Source of the DNA: Porphyridium purpureum
Lineage: Eukaryota
DNA length: 64,000 nucleotides
NCBI GenBank assembly: GCA_008690995.1
Contig: VRMN01000002.1
Coordinates: 1,240,001 to 1,304,000 of the forward strand
Direction of reading: 5' to 3'
Shown here in pieces: positions 11,226 to 22,688 of this stretch. The translations under genes and the position numbers were made by a program. Numbering within the stretch: the first letter of the stretch is position 1; each line of letters starts with the position of its first letter. The notes under the pieces were generated by a model. That model did no database searches. It worked only from the letters and a program-made list of their open reading frames with translations, and was not told the DNA's origin.

Positions 11226-12725
11226 ATGGAGACACGGATAGACGACGTTGTGGGCGATACCGCCCTGCAGTCCATTGGTATCGAAGAGCTCGAGCCGCAA
11301 AAGCATGTACAGGAACAACATGAGGACGTTCCGCCTGAGCGCGCGTTGCCGTGGCGAGTGGCGACCTCCATCACGGTGTTACAGTTAGGGGAGGCATGGA
11401 ATATACTGCTTCCGTTCCCGTTTCTGGTGTTTATGGTCTCTGACTCGCTCCACATAAACGACCCCAAGATGGTCGGATTGTACGCCGGCATTATCGGAAG
11501 TTTGTGGAGCCTAGCACAATGCCTAACCGCGGTCTTCTACGGCTGGGCCAGCGACAAGTATGGCCGTCGCTCGCCGCTCCTAGTGGGGACACTGGGCTCG
11601 GCTTTTGCTGCAATTGGGTTTGGGACTTCAACCAGCGTGCGTCAGGCTTGCGTTTCGCGTTTCCTCGGAGGCTTGCTCAGTGGTAACATTGCCATTTTGA
11701 AAACAGTCCTCGGCGATCTGAATTGTGGTGCGCGGGGCTTCTCGCTCATGTCTCTGGCATGGGGCCTTGGTTCCATTCTCGCTCCGTCAATTGGAGGTAT
11801 ACTGTCCCGGCCTTCAGACTACTTGATTTTGAGTCAGAACATCCCGGGGCTGTTTGGTGAAAATGCGCTCTTCTCCAAGTTTCCGTACTTGCTGCCATGC
11901 CTGTCGCAGTTCGCGATTGGTCTGGTCGGTTTTACGACCGCATTCTTCTGTTTGCCCGAAACGCGCTGGCTGGATTCAGAGGACAGGGCGGACGGCTTTG
12001 TTCGTGTTGCTAGGGAGGAAGATGTCGATGAAAGACAGAGTGCCTGGCTTTCGGACGTATCCAGCGAAGACGATGATGACCAGGAAGCTTCAAACTTGGA
12101 ACCCACGTCGTCTGTGTTTGAAAAGGACGCAGTGATGCGAACAACCAGCAACTATGGTCTCATTGCGTTGGCGTGGGTGATCCAGGACGAAACTTATCCA
12201 TTGTTCGCGGCTTCACCCGCGGCTGCCGGAGGGCTGGGCTTTACTGCTCCTATTATTGGTGCAACGTTGGCGTTCTCCGGGACTGTGCTGATTGTCTACC
12301 AGATGCTGATTTACCCATTGCTAACAGAACGGTACGGTCTCAAGCGACTCTTTCGGTGGGGGGCCTTTTCAGGCGCGGTGACTTTTGCGCTATTTCCATT
12401 TTGTGCTCACGCCTTTTCCCTCTTAGGCCCCGTTTGCGGATGGGTCTCCATTGGCTCGCTCCTGTTCGCGCGCACGCTGACTGCGTGCACATGTTTTACG
12501 TCGATCATGATCTTACAGAACCAGGCCGCCGGATCTGGCGCGGAACGAGGCACGGTTAATGGCGTTGGTCAGATGTTTGCGACGGCGGCGCGCTCTCTTG
12601 GGCCCTTTCTCGGAGGCGCGATGTGGAGCTTTGCTCTGCACCATGAACATATTCCAGGCCATCAGTGGCTTCCATTCCTCACGTCTGCGGTTGTTGTGAT
12701 CGTCGCCGGGATGAGGTGCCACTGA
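11226..12725 (+). CDS. MFS transporter (ZIF1/tetracycline-resistance-like)
   Basis: GWASDKYGRR motif A, RFLGGLLSGN, PSIGGIL, FPYLLPC and RGTVNG; about 12 hydrophobic segments. Confidence 0.9.
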   Translation: METRIDDVVGDTALQSIGIEELEPQKHVQEQHEDVPPERALPWRVATSITVLQLGEAWNILLPFPFLVFMVSDSLHINDPKMVGLYAGIIGSLWSLAQCLTAVFYGWASDKYGRRSPLLVGTLGSAFAAIGFGTSTSVRQACVSRFLGGLLSGNIAILKTVLGDLNCGARGFSLMSLAWGLGSILAPSIGGILSRPSDYLILSQNIPGLFGENALFSKFPYLLPCLSQFAIGLVGFTTAFFCLPETRWLDSEDRADGFVRVAREEDVDERQSAWLSDVSSEDDDDQEASNLEPTSSVFEKDAVMRTTSNYGLIALAWVIQDETYPLFAASPAAAGGLGFTAPIIGATLAFSGTVLIVYQMLIYPLLTERYGLKRLFRWGAFSGAVTFALFPFCAHAFSLLGPVCGWVSIGSLLFARTLTACTCFTSIMILQNQAAGSGAERGTVNGVGQMFATAARSLGPFLGGAMWSFALHHEHIPGHQWLPFLTSAVVVIVAGMRCH

Positions 12726-13277
12726 AGCGCAGGCGCTGCAAGTGTCGATCGCTTTCGATGTAAATCGCACTGATTCAAGTTGGAGACAGGGTGCGTAGCC
12801 CAGCCTTTGAGCAGATTTGCAAGCTAAATCTAGTTGCAGTTAGTTTTCCCAGAACGCATATTTTTGAACGACGGTCCTGAGCGTGAGCCCGCGTCGAATG
12901 GCTCAAGACGGTGTGCGACCCTCGCATCACGTGTAGGAGCGAGTGTGGGGATTCGGTGCGAGGACCCGGTCCCGCATGGTGTCTTGATTAATGGTATTCA
13001 AAACAGGAAAAAGAAAAGTACCCAAGGCAGCGGCTGTGAGGTGCTAGATGAAAAGGTAAAGCATTTGAGCCGAAAGTGCGAGCGGAGACTTCGGAGCGTG
13101 ATTCCCTGCAGCAAGAGGGTCGTGAGGGGCGGATCGAGTCTGAAAGTTGGCGCTGGTAGCGATGCAGATGTGGCCACGTCCTCGATTGCAGCACTTCACT
13201 TCTTCGTAATGTTTCACTGTAGATTTGCAGCGCGTGGAGGGTACGGTGGTGAGCCCGCGTCCCCCATATGCCGTGCG

Positions 13278-14654
13278 ATGATCGCCTTCATTGTGGCAGT
13301 GATGATCGCCGCAATCCACACACGGACAGCGTGTGCGTTGACGGTGGCAACGGCGACAGCAACAGTTGCAGAGTTCGATGCAGATGCGCAGCAAGTCGCC
13401 ATCGCAAATCTTCAGCGGTATTTGCAGCTTGACACTGCACAGCCTTCACCAGCATATGCGTCCGCGCTGACATTGCTGACTCAGCTTTGCTTCGGAGTGC
13501 CCAACATGAAGACCCAGGTCAGCTCATTTGTGCGCGGGAAGCCCGTGCTTGTGTGCTCAATTGCTGGTGACGATCCGGACGCGCCGTCGGTGATGTTAAA
13601 TAGCCACACCGATGTCGTGGCTGCGGGGAACTTGAGCAGCTGGGACTTTGGCCCTTTTGACGCTGAACGCGTGCCGTCGAGCAGGTTGGCTGATGCGCTG
13701 ACAGGTGACGATCACATTGTTGCACGTGGCGCACAGGATATGAAGTCCGTAGGGATTCAGTATCTGGAGGCGCTAAAGCTACTGTACAGGCAGCATCCGA
13801 AGCGCACTTTTCGGCGGACGATTCACGTGGTCTTCGTCCCAGATGAAGAGATCGGAGGCGCAGACGGAATGGGGAATTTTGTCGAGAGCGAGTGGTTTCA
13901 GCGTATGAACGTTGGTGTTTCATGCGACGAAGGCATTGCTTCACCAACGGACGAGTTTGAATTATTTTTGGCGGAGAGACGACCGTTCTGGACACGCATT
14001 TCCGTACAGGATGTTCCAGGACATGGCGCCATGGTACCGAAGTCGACCGCTACACTCACGCTTACTCAGATCCTCGCAAATGTTGCCACGTATAGAAAAC
14101 GCATCGCCGCCGAGATTGCAAGTGGCGAAAAGGATCTCGGCGAAATAGTGTCTGTGAACATTAACCATGTATCTGCAGGCCAAGCTCACGCGATTAATGT
14201 GATTCCGGAGCACGCCGTTGCCCTTTTGGATATTCGAGTGCCGCCCTTCGTAAGCGCGCAACAAGTGGAGGAGCTCATTGCGTCATGGATGCCGTGTGCA
14301 GGATGCGGCATCGATGTATCATTTCTTTATCGTGTCGAAAACGGGGAGCAGACAAGTTTGGATGAGGACGAAAATCCGTGGGCTGCCGTATTTAAGGAAG
14401 CAACCTCAGACCTGAAGCTGCGCCGGCCTTCCGTCTTTTTTGGCGCAACCGACGGGCGATATTTACGCGCAAAGAAAATCCCGGTGTTTGGCTTCAGTCC
14501 TATGAGGAACACGCCCGTTTTGCTACACAAGTTCAACGAGCACTTGAGTACCCATGTCTTCCTGGAAGGAATCACAGTCTACAGTCGGATTATTGCAACG
14601 CTGGCCAATGCACCGGTTCTCCTGCATGAGACCGTGGAAAAGTTGGAACTGTGA
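13278..14654 (+). CDS. ACY1: Aminoacylase-1 (peptidase M20) with N-terminal signal peptide
   Basis: LNSHTDVV, ARGAQDMKSVG, FVPDEEIGG, DEG, TDGRYLR and PVLLH..NE. Confidence 0.92.
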   Translation: MIAFIVAVMIAAIHTRTACALTVATATATVAEFDADAQQVAIANLQRYLQLDTAQPSPAYASALTLLTQLCFGVPNMKTQVSSFVRGKPVLVCSIAGDDPDAPSVMLNSHTDVVAAGNLSSWDFGPFDAERVPSSRLADALTGDDHIVARGAQDMKSVGIQYLEALKLLYRQHPKRTFRRTIHVVFVPDEEIGGADGMGNFVESEWFQRMNVGVSCDEGIASPTDEFELFLAERRPFWTRISVQDVPGHGAMVPKSTATLTLTQILANVATYRKRIAAEIASGEKDLGEIVSVNINHVSAGQAHAINVIPEHAVALLDIRVPPFVSAQQVEELIASWMPCAGCGIDVSFLYRVENGEQTSLDEDENPWAAVFKEATSDLKLRRPSVFFGATDGRYLRAKKIPVFGFSPMRNTPVLLHKFNEHLSTHVFLEGITVYSRIIATLANAPVLLHETVEKLEL

Positions 14655-15019
14655 AATACAGTGAAACTCTTGCTGGCCCGCCGTCCGACAGGCCAAGCGA
14701 GGGCATGAGTGACACCCTTTTGAACGACACTTCGAACCGGAACACGCGAGACGCACGGCTGACCAGCCTCACGGCGATGGATCTGAACGCGTCCGCCGAG
14801 CGGAACAAAAAGGGGAAGTGCATTACTTTTACTGGAACGTGAAAGAATAGAAAGATTGTAGACGAAAAATGAAATCTGTTCTCTTTCCGTAACTAAAAGT
14901 GCAGCCTGGCTGGACGCCCAGTTCGGTCGAGCTCGTGTCGAAAACAACACTGAACGGACGCGGAACGCGGCCCAGGCTGCTTCATCGCTGAGCCCCGTTT
15001 CATGCGGGACAGGCGAGGT

Positions 15020-15478
15020 TTAGATGTCCATTGAAGACGGTGGCGGCATATCGTCCATCGAATCACTCTTGTTTCTCGTCAAGAATGCGAGCGCGGCGGA
15101 GCAAATCGTGAAGATGACGAGCATCCACGAAAACGCCACGATTGTGTTCACGTCGGTGGTCGAAAAATCCTTCTCCGCACTCACCACGATTGCTAGAATG
15201 AGCCACCAGAGGAGCAGGAAAAGGTTTACGAAGAATTCGATGGACGCGCTGATGACGGCTTTACCCATCATGCCCAAAATCGAATGGCCGATGAAGAGCA
15301 CCGAAATGAGGAGCCATCCAATGACGCCCGCGGCTATTATATACTGGCACACGGACACCGACCCGAACGCGCACAGCCCGTTGAAGTACAGCTTGTCGGC
15401 CGTGAGCGCAAAGACCACGAGCGCCCATATCCACTCGAGGAAGTAGAACCCAATCTTGGCAAACTCAAACAACCCCAT
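15020..15478 (-). CDS. MARVEL-like four-TM membrane protein
   Basis: Four hydrophobic helices with C..G...CQYIIAAG in the first loop. Confidence 0.7.
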   Translation of the reverse strand: MGLFEFAKIGFYFLEWIWALVVFALTADKLYFNGLCAFGSVSVCQYIIAAGVIGWLLISVLFIGHSILGMMGKAVISASIEFFVNLFLLLWWLILAIVVSAEKDFSTTDVNTIVAFSWMLVIFTICSAALAFLTRNKSDSMDDMPPPSSMDI

Positions 15479-15742
15479 CTTTCCCCGCTCTCGAACAACG
15501 CGCGCGCTTTCCTACACCCTTTGTCTCACTCACCACCACCACACCTTGTACTGCACCGTATCACTCTGGCGCTCTCTACCACCCTTCCCTTCTCTCTCTC
15601 TCTCTCTCTGTGTCTCAATCATCCATCCAACCAGCCAACCGTCCACCCTCTTCAAACCAGCCCGCACGAAAAATCCTCTTCGCTTTTGGCGGCGCCAGGT
15701 TTTCTCCATTCACCGGGCGCGCGCCGCTTTGTAAATTTCCGG

Positions 15743-15791
15743 AGTAGTGTACAGTGCGCACGTAAGCAGAAGTCACGCACTGTACACTACT
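15743..15791. promoter_or_regulatory. Perfect 16-bp inverted repeat with a 17-nt spacer
   Basis: AGTAGTGTACAGTGCG (15743-15758) and CGCACTGTACACTACT (15776-15791); regulatory role is inferred. Confidence 0.5.
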
Positions 15792-18200
15792 GCGGTTTCG
15801 GCAGGTCGCTGCCGGAAGTGCCGCGTGCGCCAGCCAGCGGCGCGCGCGCAGGTGTCGAGCTCGGAGCGTCGAGAATGCGCTCAGCGGGATGGGTTGGCTG
15901 GTTTGTGGAGAGGTTTGTGGGTGCGTGAGGTGGAGTTCACGGTCGTTGATCAAGAATTGGAAACACAAATGGCGAGTCGAGGGTGGATTTTGAAGAGCTT
16001 CAATGAAAATGGAAGCTTCGTCTCTGCTTCGACTCGCATCGCTTGGTGCTCGGTCGACGTCACAAGCGCAAGAATGGGCCACCGCGCCAGCGGCAAGAGG
16101 TTAATGTCGAGCTCGATCGCTGTGCTGATAGAAGCTCTGTCAAGCAAGCCAAGACTGGACGTTCTGATGAAAAGAACGAACAGAAGCATTCCAACCAATC
16201 ACGCATGCCGCTGCGGTTTGGAGCAGGCAGCAGATGTGGACATGCTCCACATCAGCTGTGAGAGCAAATACCGTCAGCGTGCAGAATCCATTCGAACAAG
16301 GAAAAGCCGAATGTCGTGACATCGATCAGCTCGAAACGAGAGAAGGCGCGGCTCGAAAACCACCACTGTTGCACAAAACAGTCACGCCTGTGATTTTCGC
16401 TCTTGGATCGACGGTAGAGCTGCTCGTGATCGCCTTGTTGTCGCTGTTTGTCGTTTGCTCCGGTCCTTTTCTCGCCACGTGCACCGAACAGCGGCGCTCC
16501 CGTGCAACGCGCCATCGAATGTAAGCCAGTTTCCACTGTACTTTAATCCGTTCACGTCCACTGTACTTCGATGTAAGCAAACAGCCACCGAACAAGGCAC
16601 CGCACGTGCGACAACCGAAGCCCAAGTCTGCGAGGAGACGCATGCCTGGTGAGGAAGCCGCACGTCGAACAGACAGAGCATGGACCAGACTTCATGCAAC
16701 CCCGTTCTTAGCACCAAGACTATCCTGCGACATCTCACAGATTTCGTCCCCGACGCTCGCTCGCTCCTTTGTCGAGCACTGCCCCCGAAATCTGACTCTT
16801 AACATCTCGCGACAGCGATGGAAGCGCTTCGCCACTAAAAGTGCTGCTCTCCTGCGCATTTCTTCGACACATAATTAGAACTGTTTGGGAGTGGATGGTA
16901 GTGATCAGCAGCCTGGCGCTGATTCCGAAGAATAATGCGCATTGCAGCAACGGCGAGCATTCCATGACCATGAGCCACAGCACGAGCAAGCAAACACGCA
17001 AAGCACGCGCTATCCGGACACCGGATGGAACAACAAATATCCCTGTCAGATTGATATTTAAAAATCATTCACAAGCTCCCACGTACGAATAAACCGCCCT
17101 TGCAACAATAGCCAGTGATCACACACACAAACTACAGGCCAAACTTTCATAGCGCCTTTTTGAGGCAGAGACCGTCGTGCCTTCCGCGGACTAGGATGAA
17201 CCGTGGGCGTCATTTTCGGCTTTGATAAGATAGGGAAGCGCAAATAACAGATCAGAGCACGCCATAAATGCTCACGATACCCCAAAGACCACCCGGTGGA
17301 TATAACCTTCATTTCATGTGGCAACAAATATCGCCAGTAACTTAGAGGCAAGCGCGACCCACCGCAACAGCAAAAGCACATCAGCAGTTAATTCCATACC
17401 GGCAGATATGAACGTTTTGCCCCAAACGCAACTAATGCAGCATTCAAAACGACAGAGCGAAAGCTCGAACCACCCGACAATGCTCGCCTTTATCACATAC
17501 TGGCACACTCACGTCGAGGCAAAGTTGCACATCTGGACCGCATCGCGTTCAGACAGCTTCGTCAGCTACTAAATGACAGAACAAGAATTACAATCGCCAG
17601 TCCCCATTCCGGTCCGCACAGACAACTCCAAGCGGCAGACGAGCCCATCCTTCGTCGGTTACTTCACTTTTCGCTGCCGTAAGTTTCGACGGCGTGCGTT
17701 GCGTGCATTTCCATGCTCTCTTCATTTGCTCCTGCTCATCCAGCCTGTCGTTAACAACAAGGGAACTGATGCCGGCCGTCACCTCGCGCGCACACTGTGT
17801 CTCTTCCTTCCTCTTCCTTTTGCTATGCCTTCGAGCGCAGACTCGTTCTCAGCCGCGTGAATCTTCAGCACCGTTCAGTATGCCAACCGGATTACTTGTA
17901 GCCCTGGGCACAGCCAGTCTTCGCACATCTTTTGTAAACGACCCGGGAAGACCTCGGCATCACCGCAGTGAGAGCATCTGAGACAATAGCCCCTTGTACC
18001 GCGGCAGTCGAAACACGCACGTGTGCACGTCGATCCCGCGCAAAAGGAAATCCGCATCGTCCAAATGATGCATGTGCTTTGCTTGCTCGCCGCTAAAAGT
18101 CGACCGCGCATGAACGCGTGCACGCGCCACACCCGCTGCTCAGAAGAACGCCAATTTTGCCTGCAACATCTGAAAGCCGTCAACTACAACTGACTTTACC

Positions 18201-20246
18201 TTATCCAGATAATATGTTGCTGCTCTCACTGCTCTCGCTGCTCGCCTCCTCATCACCACTGCTATCGACAATGGCTTTGCGCCCTTCACTTTTGCGCGCT
18301 TTCTTGATCTCGCGTGCATCGCGTGCCAGATCCTCTAAATCCCGGTCCTGATTATCGTGACCCGTGCGAGGATTTCCGCTCTCCTTATCTCGATGGCGAC
18401 TCCGGACCGCCGCAAAAAGCTCGCCCTCCTTGCGCTTTTTCGCAGCCTCACGCGCCTCCAGCTTCTTCCTCCGATTCATCTTCTTCTGAGCAGTGTTTTC
18501 GAAGCGATGTCCGGGATTTTCAAGCTTCTCAGCAAGCATACGCTGCCGCTTTGCCTCACGATTCTTGTCCTTGAAGCGCACGTCCTTTAGCTGCACGGAT
18601 GCGTCCCGCTCAAATTGGATTTTGGATTTCAACGTCTTAAACTCAGCAATGCGTGGCATGCGGAACAAGAAAAAGGACCGCGCGACGGCGCCAATGTCCA
18701 ACGCATCGAGGCGCAAAATTTCGCAGCATTCGTGCTGCTTGTACGCACGTAGGTACGAGAGAAACGCCCGTTCCGACAACTCCATCAAGGCGCGATCTTC
18801 CAGCATCGACTTGCGGATCTTTCTCCGCATTCGATCAGCACACTCTGCTTCATTGTCTTTCAGTGCTGCACCCACAAGCGGACCATCCGGCATTTCGATC
18901 GCATTCTTCACAGGGCATTGTTGTATGGCCAAAAAATGCACGTACGTATCTTCGCTCGGTAGCAGAAAAAGCAACGCCTTGCCTGTACGCCCAAGTCGCG
19001 CGGTGCGGCCTATGCGATGGACAAATTGCTCCGCGCGCTGAGGAGGGTCCAACTGCACCACCCAATCGACATTGGGTATATCGAGGCCGCGCGCCGCGAC
19101 ATCAGTGCAGAGCAGCACACCCGAGTCATCTGCACGAAATAGTTGCATGGTCGATTCTCGCTTGGACTGCGCCATTTTGCCATGCAAAAAGTACAAGCGG
19201 CGCTTCCCACCCAAGCCACGTGGTGCGTCCGCATCGCACGACCGCTTGTGTTGACGGAGGTATTCGCCACATACATTCAGGCAGGATTCAAGTGGAAGGT
19301 TCGCAAGGAACTGCACGTACGCGCACGTCAATGCATAAACAATCACCTTGCCGTCCTGTGAGCTCAATAGCTCCAGTAAATACATGAGTTTGGACTGCGC
19401 ATCGATGCAAATGTACATACTTTGCAAGGTGGCGGGTGTGTTCCACTCCTTGACCTCATTGCCATTGGCGGTGCGGCTTTTCAAATTCTCCTTCTTTTGC
19501 TTATGCACAGATACTTGCACGGGATCGCGCATGCCTGCTTTGAAGATCTCGCGCATGCGACCCTGCAGCGTGGCTGAGAAAAGAGCCGTGCGTCGCTGCT
19601 TTGGGAGCTGCGAAAAGATGCTACTGAGCGTGACACTGAAGCCGGCATCCAGCAGACGGTCGGCTTCATCAAGGATTAAAAGTTCAAGCTGTTTTGTGTC
19701 CAGCTCTGCTCCGCTCAGCGCCGCGTCCAGTCGACCTGGCGTGGCAACGACTAATTCGCACGTCGCGCCAGACTGCGCACGCAGCACGTCTACGCTCGCT
19801 GCCGCCCCGCGCCCTCCTGTGAGGAGCAGCGGAGAAACATGCTCCAAGCGCGGTATTGCGGCAAGTACTTTCCGAGCCACATCGTGAACCTGCATGGCGA
19901 GCTCCCGAGTGGGTTCAATGACCAAGACTCGCACGCGCGCGTCTGTCGCAGGATTGTCTTTGGCTCGCCTCTTTCTGCGGATTGTGTGCTCCTCATCCAG
20001 CAGCATCTGGAAGGCAGGCACCAAGAACGCCAGCGTCTTCCCAGAGCCCGTCTCGGCTTCCACCGCAACATCCCTCATCGCCAGCATTTGCGGCAACGTC
20101 GAAGCCTGGACAGGCGTCATATTACTGTATCCCATGGCTTCCAGGCCTTGAATGAGCTCTTCATCGAGCTTCCGCCGCCGCGACCCCGTTTGCACATCAT
20201 GTTGGCCTTCCACCGTCACCTCTTCCCACCTTCCGGCTGTCGCCAT
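18201..20246 (-). CDS. DEAD-box RNA helicase (DDX55/Spb4/RH18-like)
   Basis: MTPVQA, AETGSGKT, PTRELA, TPGRL, LDEADRLLD, LPKQRRT.LFSAT and HRIGRTAR. Confidence 0.92.
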   Translation of the reverse strand: MATAGRWEEVTVEGQHDVQTGSRRRKLDEELIQGLEAMGYSNMTPVQASTLPQMLAMRDVAVEAETGSGKTLAFLVPAFQMLLDEEHTIRRKRRAKDNPATDARVRVLVIEPTRELAMQVHDVARKVLAAIPRLEHVSPLLLTGGRGAAASVDVLRAQSGATCELVVATPGRLDAALSGAELDTKQLELLILDEADRLLDAGFSVTLSSIFSQLPKQRRTALFSATLQGRMREIFKAGMRDPVQVSVHKQKKENLKSRTANGNEVKEWNTPATLQSMYICIDAQSKLMYLLELLSSQDGKVIVYALTCAYVQFLANLPLESCLNVCGEYLRQHKRSCDADAPRGLGGKRRLYFLHGKMAQSKRESTMQLFRADDSGVLLCTDVAARGLDIPNVDWVVQLDPPQRAEQFVHRIGRTARLGRTGKALLFLLPSEDTYVHFLAIQQCPVKNAIEMPDGPLVGAALKDNEAECADRMRRKIRKSMLEDRALMELSERAFLSYLRAYKQHECCEILRLDALDIGAVARSFFLFRMPRIAEFKTLKSKIQFERDASVQLKDVRFKDKNREAKRQRMLAEKLENPGHRFENTAQKKMNRRKKLEAREAAKKRKEGELFAAVRSRHRDKESGNPRTGHDNQDRDLEDLARDAREIKKARKSEGRKAIVDSSGDEEASSESSESSNILSG

Positions 20247-20341
20247 CGTCAACCTCAGCCGTGGTCCCCGTGCCGTCGGCGCCGAAATTCGGAACGTTTC
20301 TGCGCGTCGATGGCATGCACAGGAAGAAGGCGAGTACTTCA

Positions 20342-21094
20342 ATGGAGTCCTCAAAGCTAGCGTCGTTGTGCGCACTGGCGAAGGAAGGGCACGTGCGGGA
20401 AGCGGTGGTCGCGGCCATTGATGACGAGCAGCTGCTCTTCTTCGGGGAGTTATGGGATACGGTGCAGCTTGTGCAGGTTGCACCGGATCAGCGGCCGTGG
20501 GAGCAACTTCTACACATCTTTTGCTTCGGAACTTACCAAGACTACATGACGAGGAAAGCAGTTGCCAGTCAAGACGTTCCAGATCTGTCGGATGGTGCGC
20601 TTCTCAAGCTACGCGTGCTGAGCGTGCTGAGCCTTGCGGCTCGCCGTCGAGAGCTGGACTATGCAACACTACGAAGCGCGCTGGGCGTCGAGGAGCAGCG
20701 GCAGCTGGAGGATATTGTCATGGAGTGCATGCACCGCGACATGCTGCGCGGAAAGTTTGACCAGAAGAACGCGCGTGTCGCGGTCGAGTACGTTGCCGGG
20801 CGGGACGCATCTTCTGAGGATACGACCCACATCCTCAGAATACTAAGCGAGTGGGAAACGAATGTGGCCTCGGTCATTTCGAGTTTGGACGGAAAGCGCT
20901 CCTCTTTGCTTGCCGCGCAGCAAGCGAAAACCGAAGAAGTGCGCCGAGCCGAGGAAAACATGGAGCAGCTTCAAAATGAGGCAAAAATGACTTCCGCTGG
21001 TGCTAAAGGCACCGCGAGGTCAGGTGCAGCTCCATCTGGCGCCTCGCAGAAACGTGGGCGCACCGCACAAGCAGGTGGAGTGCCCATGGAGTAG
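20342..21094 (+). CDS. CSN7: COP9 signalosome subunit 7 (PCI domain)
   Basis: FFGEL, LLHIFCFGTYQDY, KLRVLSVLSLA, RQLED, RGKFDQK and GRD. Confidence 0.85.
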   Translation: MESSKLASLCALAKEGHVREAVVAAIDDEQLLFFGELWDTVQLVQVAPDQRPWEQLLHIFCFGTYQDYMTRKAVASQDVPDLSDGALLKLRVLSVLSLAARRRELDYATLRSALGVEEQRQLEDIVMECMHRDMLRGKFDQKNARVAVEYVAGRDASSEDTTHILRILSEWETNVASVISSLDGKRSSLLAAQQAKTEEVRRAEENMEQLQNEAKMTSAGAKGTARSGAAPSGASQKRGRTAQAGGVPME

Positions 21095-21290
21095 ATGCCC
21101 TCATCCCGTAGATGCCGACGCGACGGTTTTGCGCGACTCCTCTGGTTGGGCCAAGGTGGACAAGATGGGCGTTCAGACCTCGGCTGCGCGGACGCTTGTG
21201 AATTGCGCACCCACTAGTGCAACATTTACTGGTCATGATTTACCTTGCACAGTTTGCGCAGGTAAGAAGTATCCAGTTGCAAGTATGCGC

Positions 21291-22268
21291 CTATTCACCG
21301 GTAGTCGATACATCATCGAGCATGATTCCCGAGCGAGCAAGGACTTGCCCGGTAAGATGATACACTGCGTCTACATTTTCAGGAGTGTGTAGATCGGTGC
21401 GCCTTGCTGGTAACCCTTTTTCACTGAGAATGATCTCTCCCGGTTTCTCTTTGCCAAGAAGCTCCGCCTCAGGCATGAAAGCCGGACGGAGCATGATTTC
21501 CGCGCAGCTCGAGGGGGACTTTCCGAGAAGCGGCTGGAGCGCTCGCACAGGTAAGCGAATGTATAGTGGCATCTCGGTGCCCCAGTTTGTATTCACAAAG
21601 CCAGGAGCTGAGTGCACAAATAGAATCCCTTCATTGCGCGGTTGCCGCGCAAATGCATCCAAGCACAAATCTGTGTAAAAACCGGCAGCATTTGCAGCAT
21701 TCTGCAAAGAGTAGCTTCCCTCCTTCAGCTCCGGATCATTCTTGAATCCAGGGTATGCCGAGTGCACCCCGCCGGATAGAATCGAAATGACCCGCACTGA
21801 CACGCGCTTGGCAGCTTCTTCGCCCGCAGTCCTGGCCGCGGCTGTACGCAGCGCAGGAAGGAGTGCGTTGATGAACGCCATGCGTCCCCAGTAATGCAAA
21901 GTCAGCTTCTCATCGTTACCGTCCACGGTCGGTGTAAAGCCTTGCACGCTCCCCATTCCCTGACTGAGCACCAGAACATCGACTGCTTTCCGAGACTGCT
22001 GAATGTGCTCAGCGGCAGCCACGACATTTTTCAAACTGAAGGCGTCGCAGCTCACGAACTCGTGCTGCGCAGGCAAACTGCTGTTCTCGCTACACGCCGT
22101 CATCTCCTCAACAACTTCAGCCCCACGTTGCGCATTCCGGCCAATCGCTACCACCGAGAAACCGGCTTCTGCCAAGCGCAACGCACAGGCTCGGCCAATC
22201 CCAGACGTTGCACCCGTGCATACAGCGGTCTTACCGACGCCAGTGGCCATCTTTGTCGAGCTCGCCAT
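21291..22268 (-). CDS. Short-chain dehydrogenase/reductase (atypical catalytic motif)
   Basis: TGATSGIG Rossmann motif and HSAPGFVNT; no canonical YxxxK. Confidence 0.85.
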   Translation of the reverse strand: MASSTKMATGVGKTAVCTGATSGIGRACALRLAEAGFSVVAIGRNAQRGAEVVEEMTACSENSSLPAQHEFVSCDAFSLKNVVAAAEHIQQSRKAVDVLVLSQGMGSVQGFTPTVDGNDEKLTLHYWGRMAFINALLPALRTAAARTAGEEAAKRVSVRVISILSGGVHSAYPGFKNDPELKEGSYSLQNAANAAGFYTDLCLDAFARQPRNEGILFVHSAPGFVNTNWGTEMPLYIRLPVRALQPLLGKSPSSCAEIMLRPAFMPEAELLGKEKPGEIILSEKGLPARRTDLHTPENVDAVYHLTGQVLARSGIMLDDVSTTGE

Positions 22269-22688
22269 GCCTTCCACTCGCAGAAGGCGCCTCAACGTCA
22301 GGTCGGAACACGCCTGCAGGTGAGCGATGTGGCTCGTCCACTGCGCGCGCAGTCGGCGCTTTGCAGGACGTAAGAATCAAGTCTAGTACCCGATGTCGAC
22401 AGCCGGGAGCGAGGATGGATACGGTTAACCTCCCTCTTTGATTGGTCGATTGGTGCGTTTGGACGGGAGTTCGCAAGTAATCTTAACCTGACGCCGGCTT
22501 GGTGGGAAACCTGCACGCTTCGGAACGCTTGCTGCGCACTGGGAAACATGCGGAAACGCTCCTTCCATCAAGTTTTGTTCTCACGAACGAGAGCAGGCGT
22601 GTGCCCGACTGGTTGTGCCTTTCAAAAACGACAGAAGCGCAAATGTACAAGAGTTTGGCCAAAACATGAGTAGGGGAAAATCAAAGAT

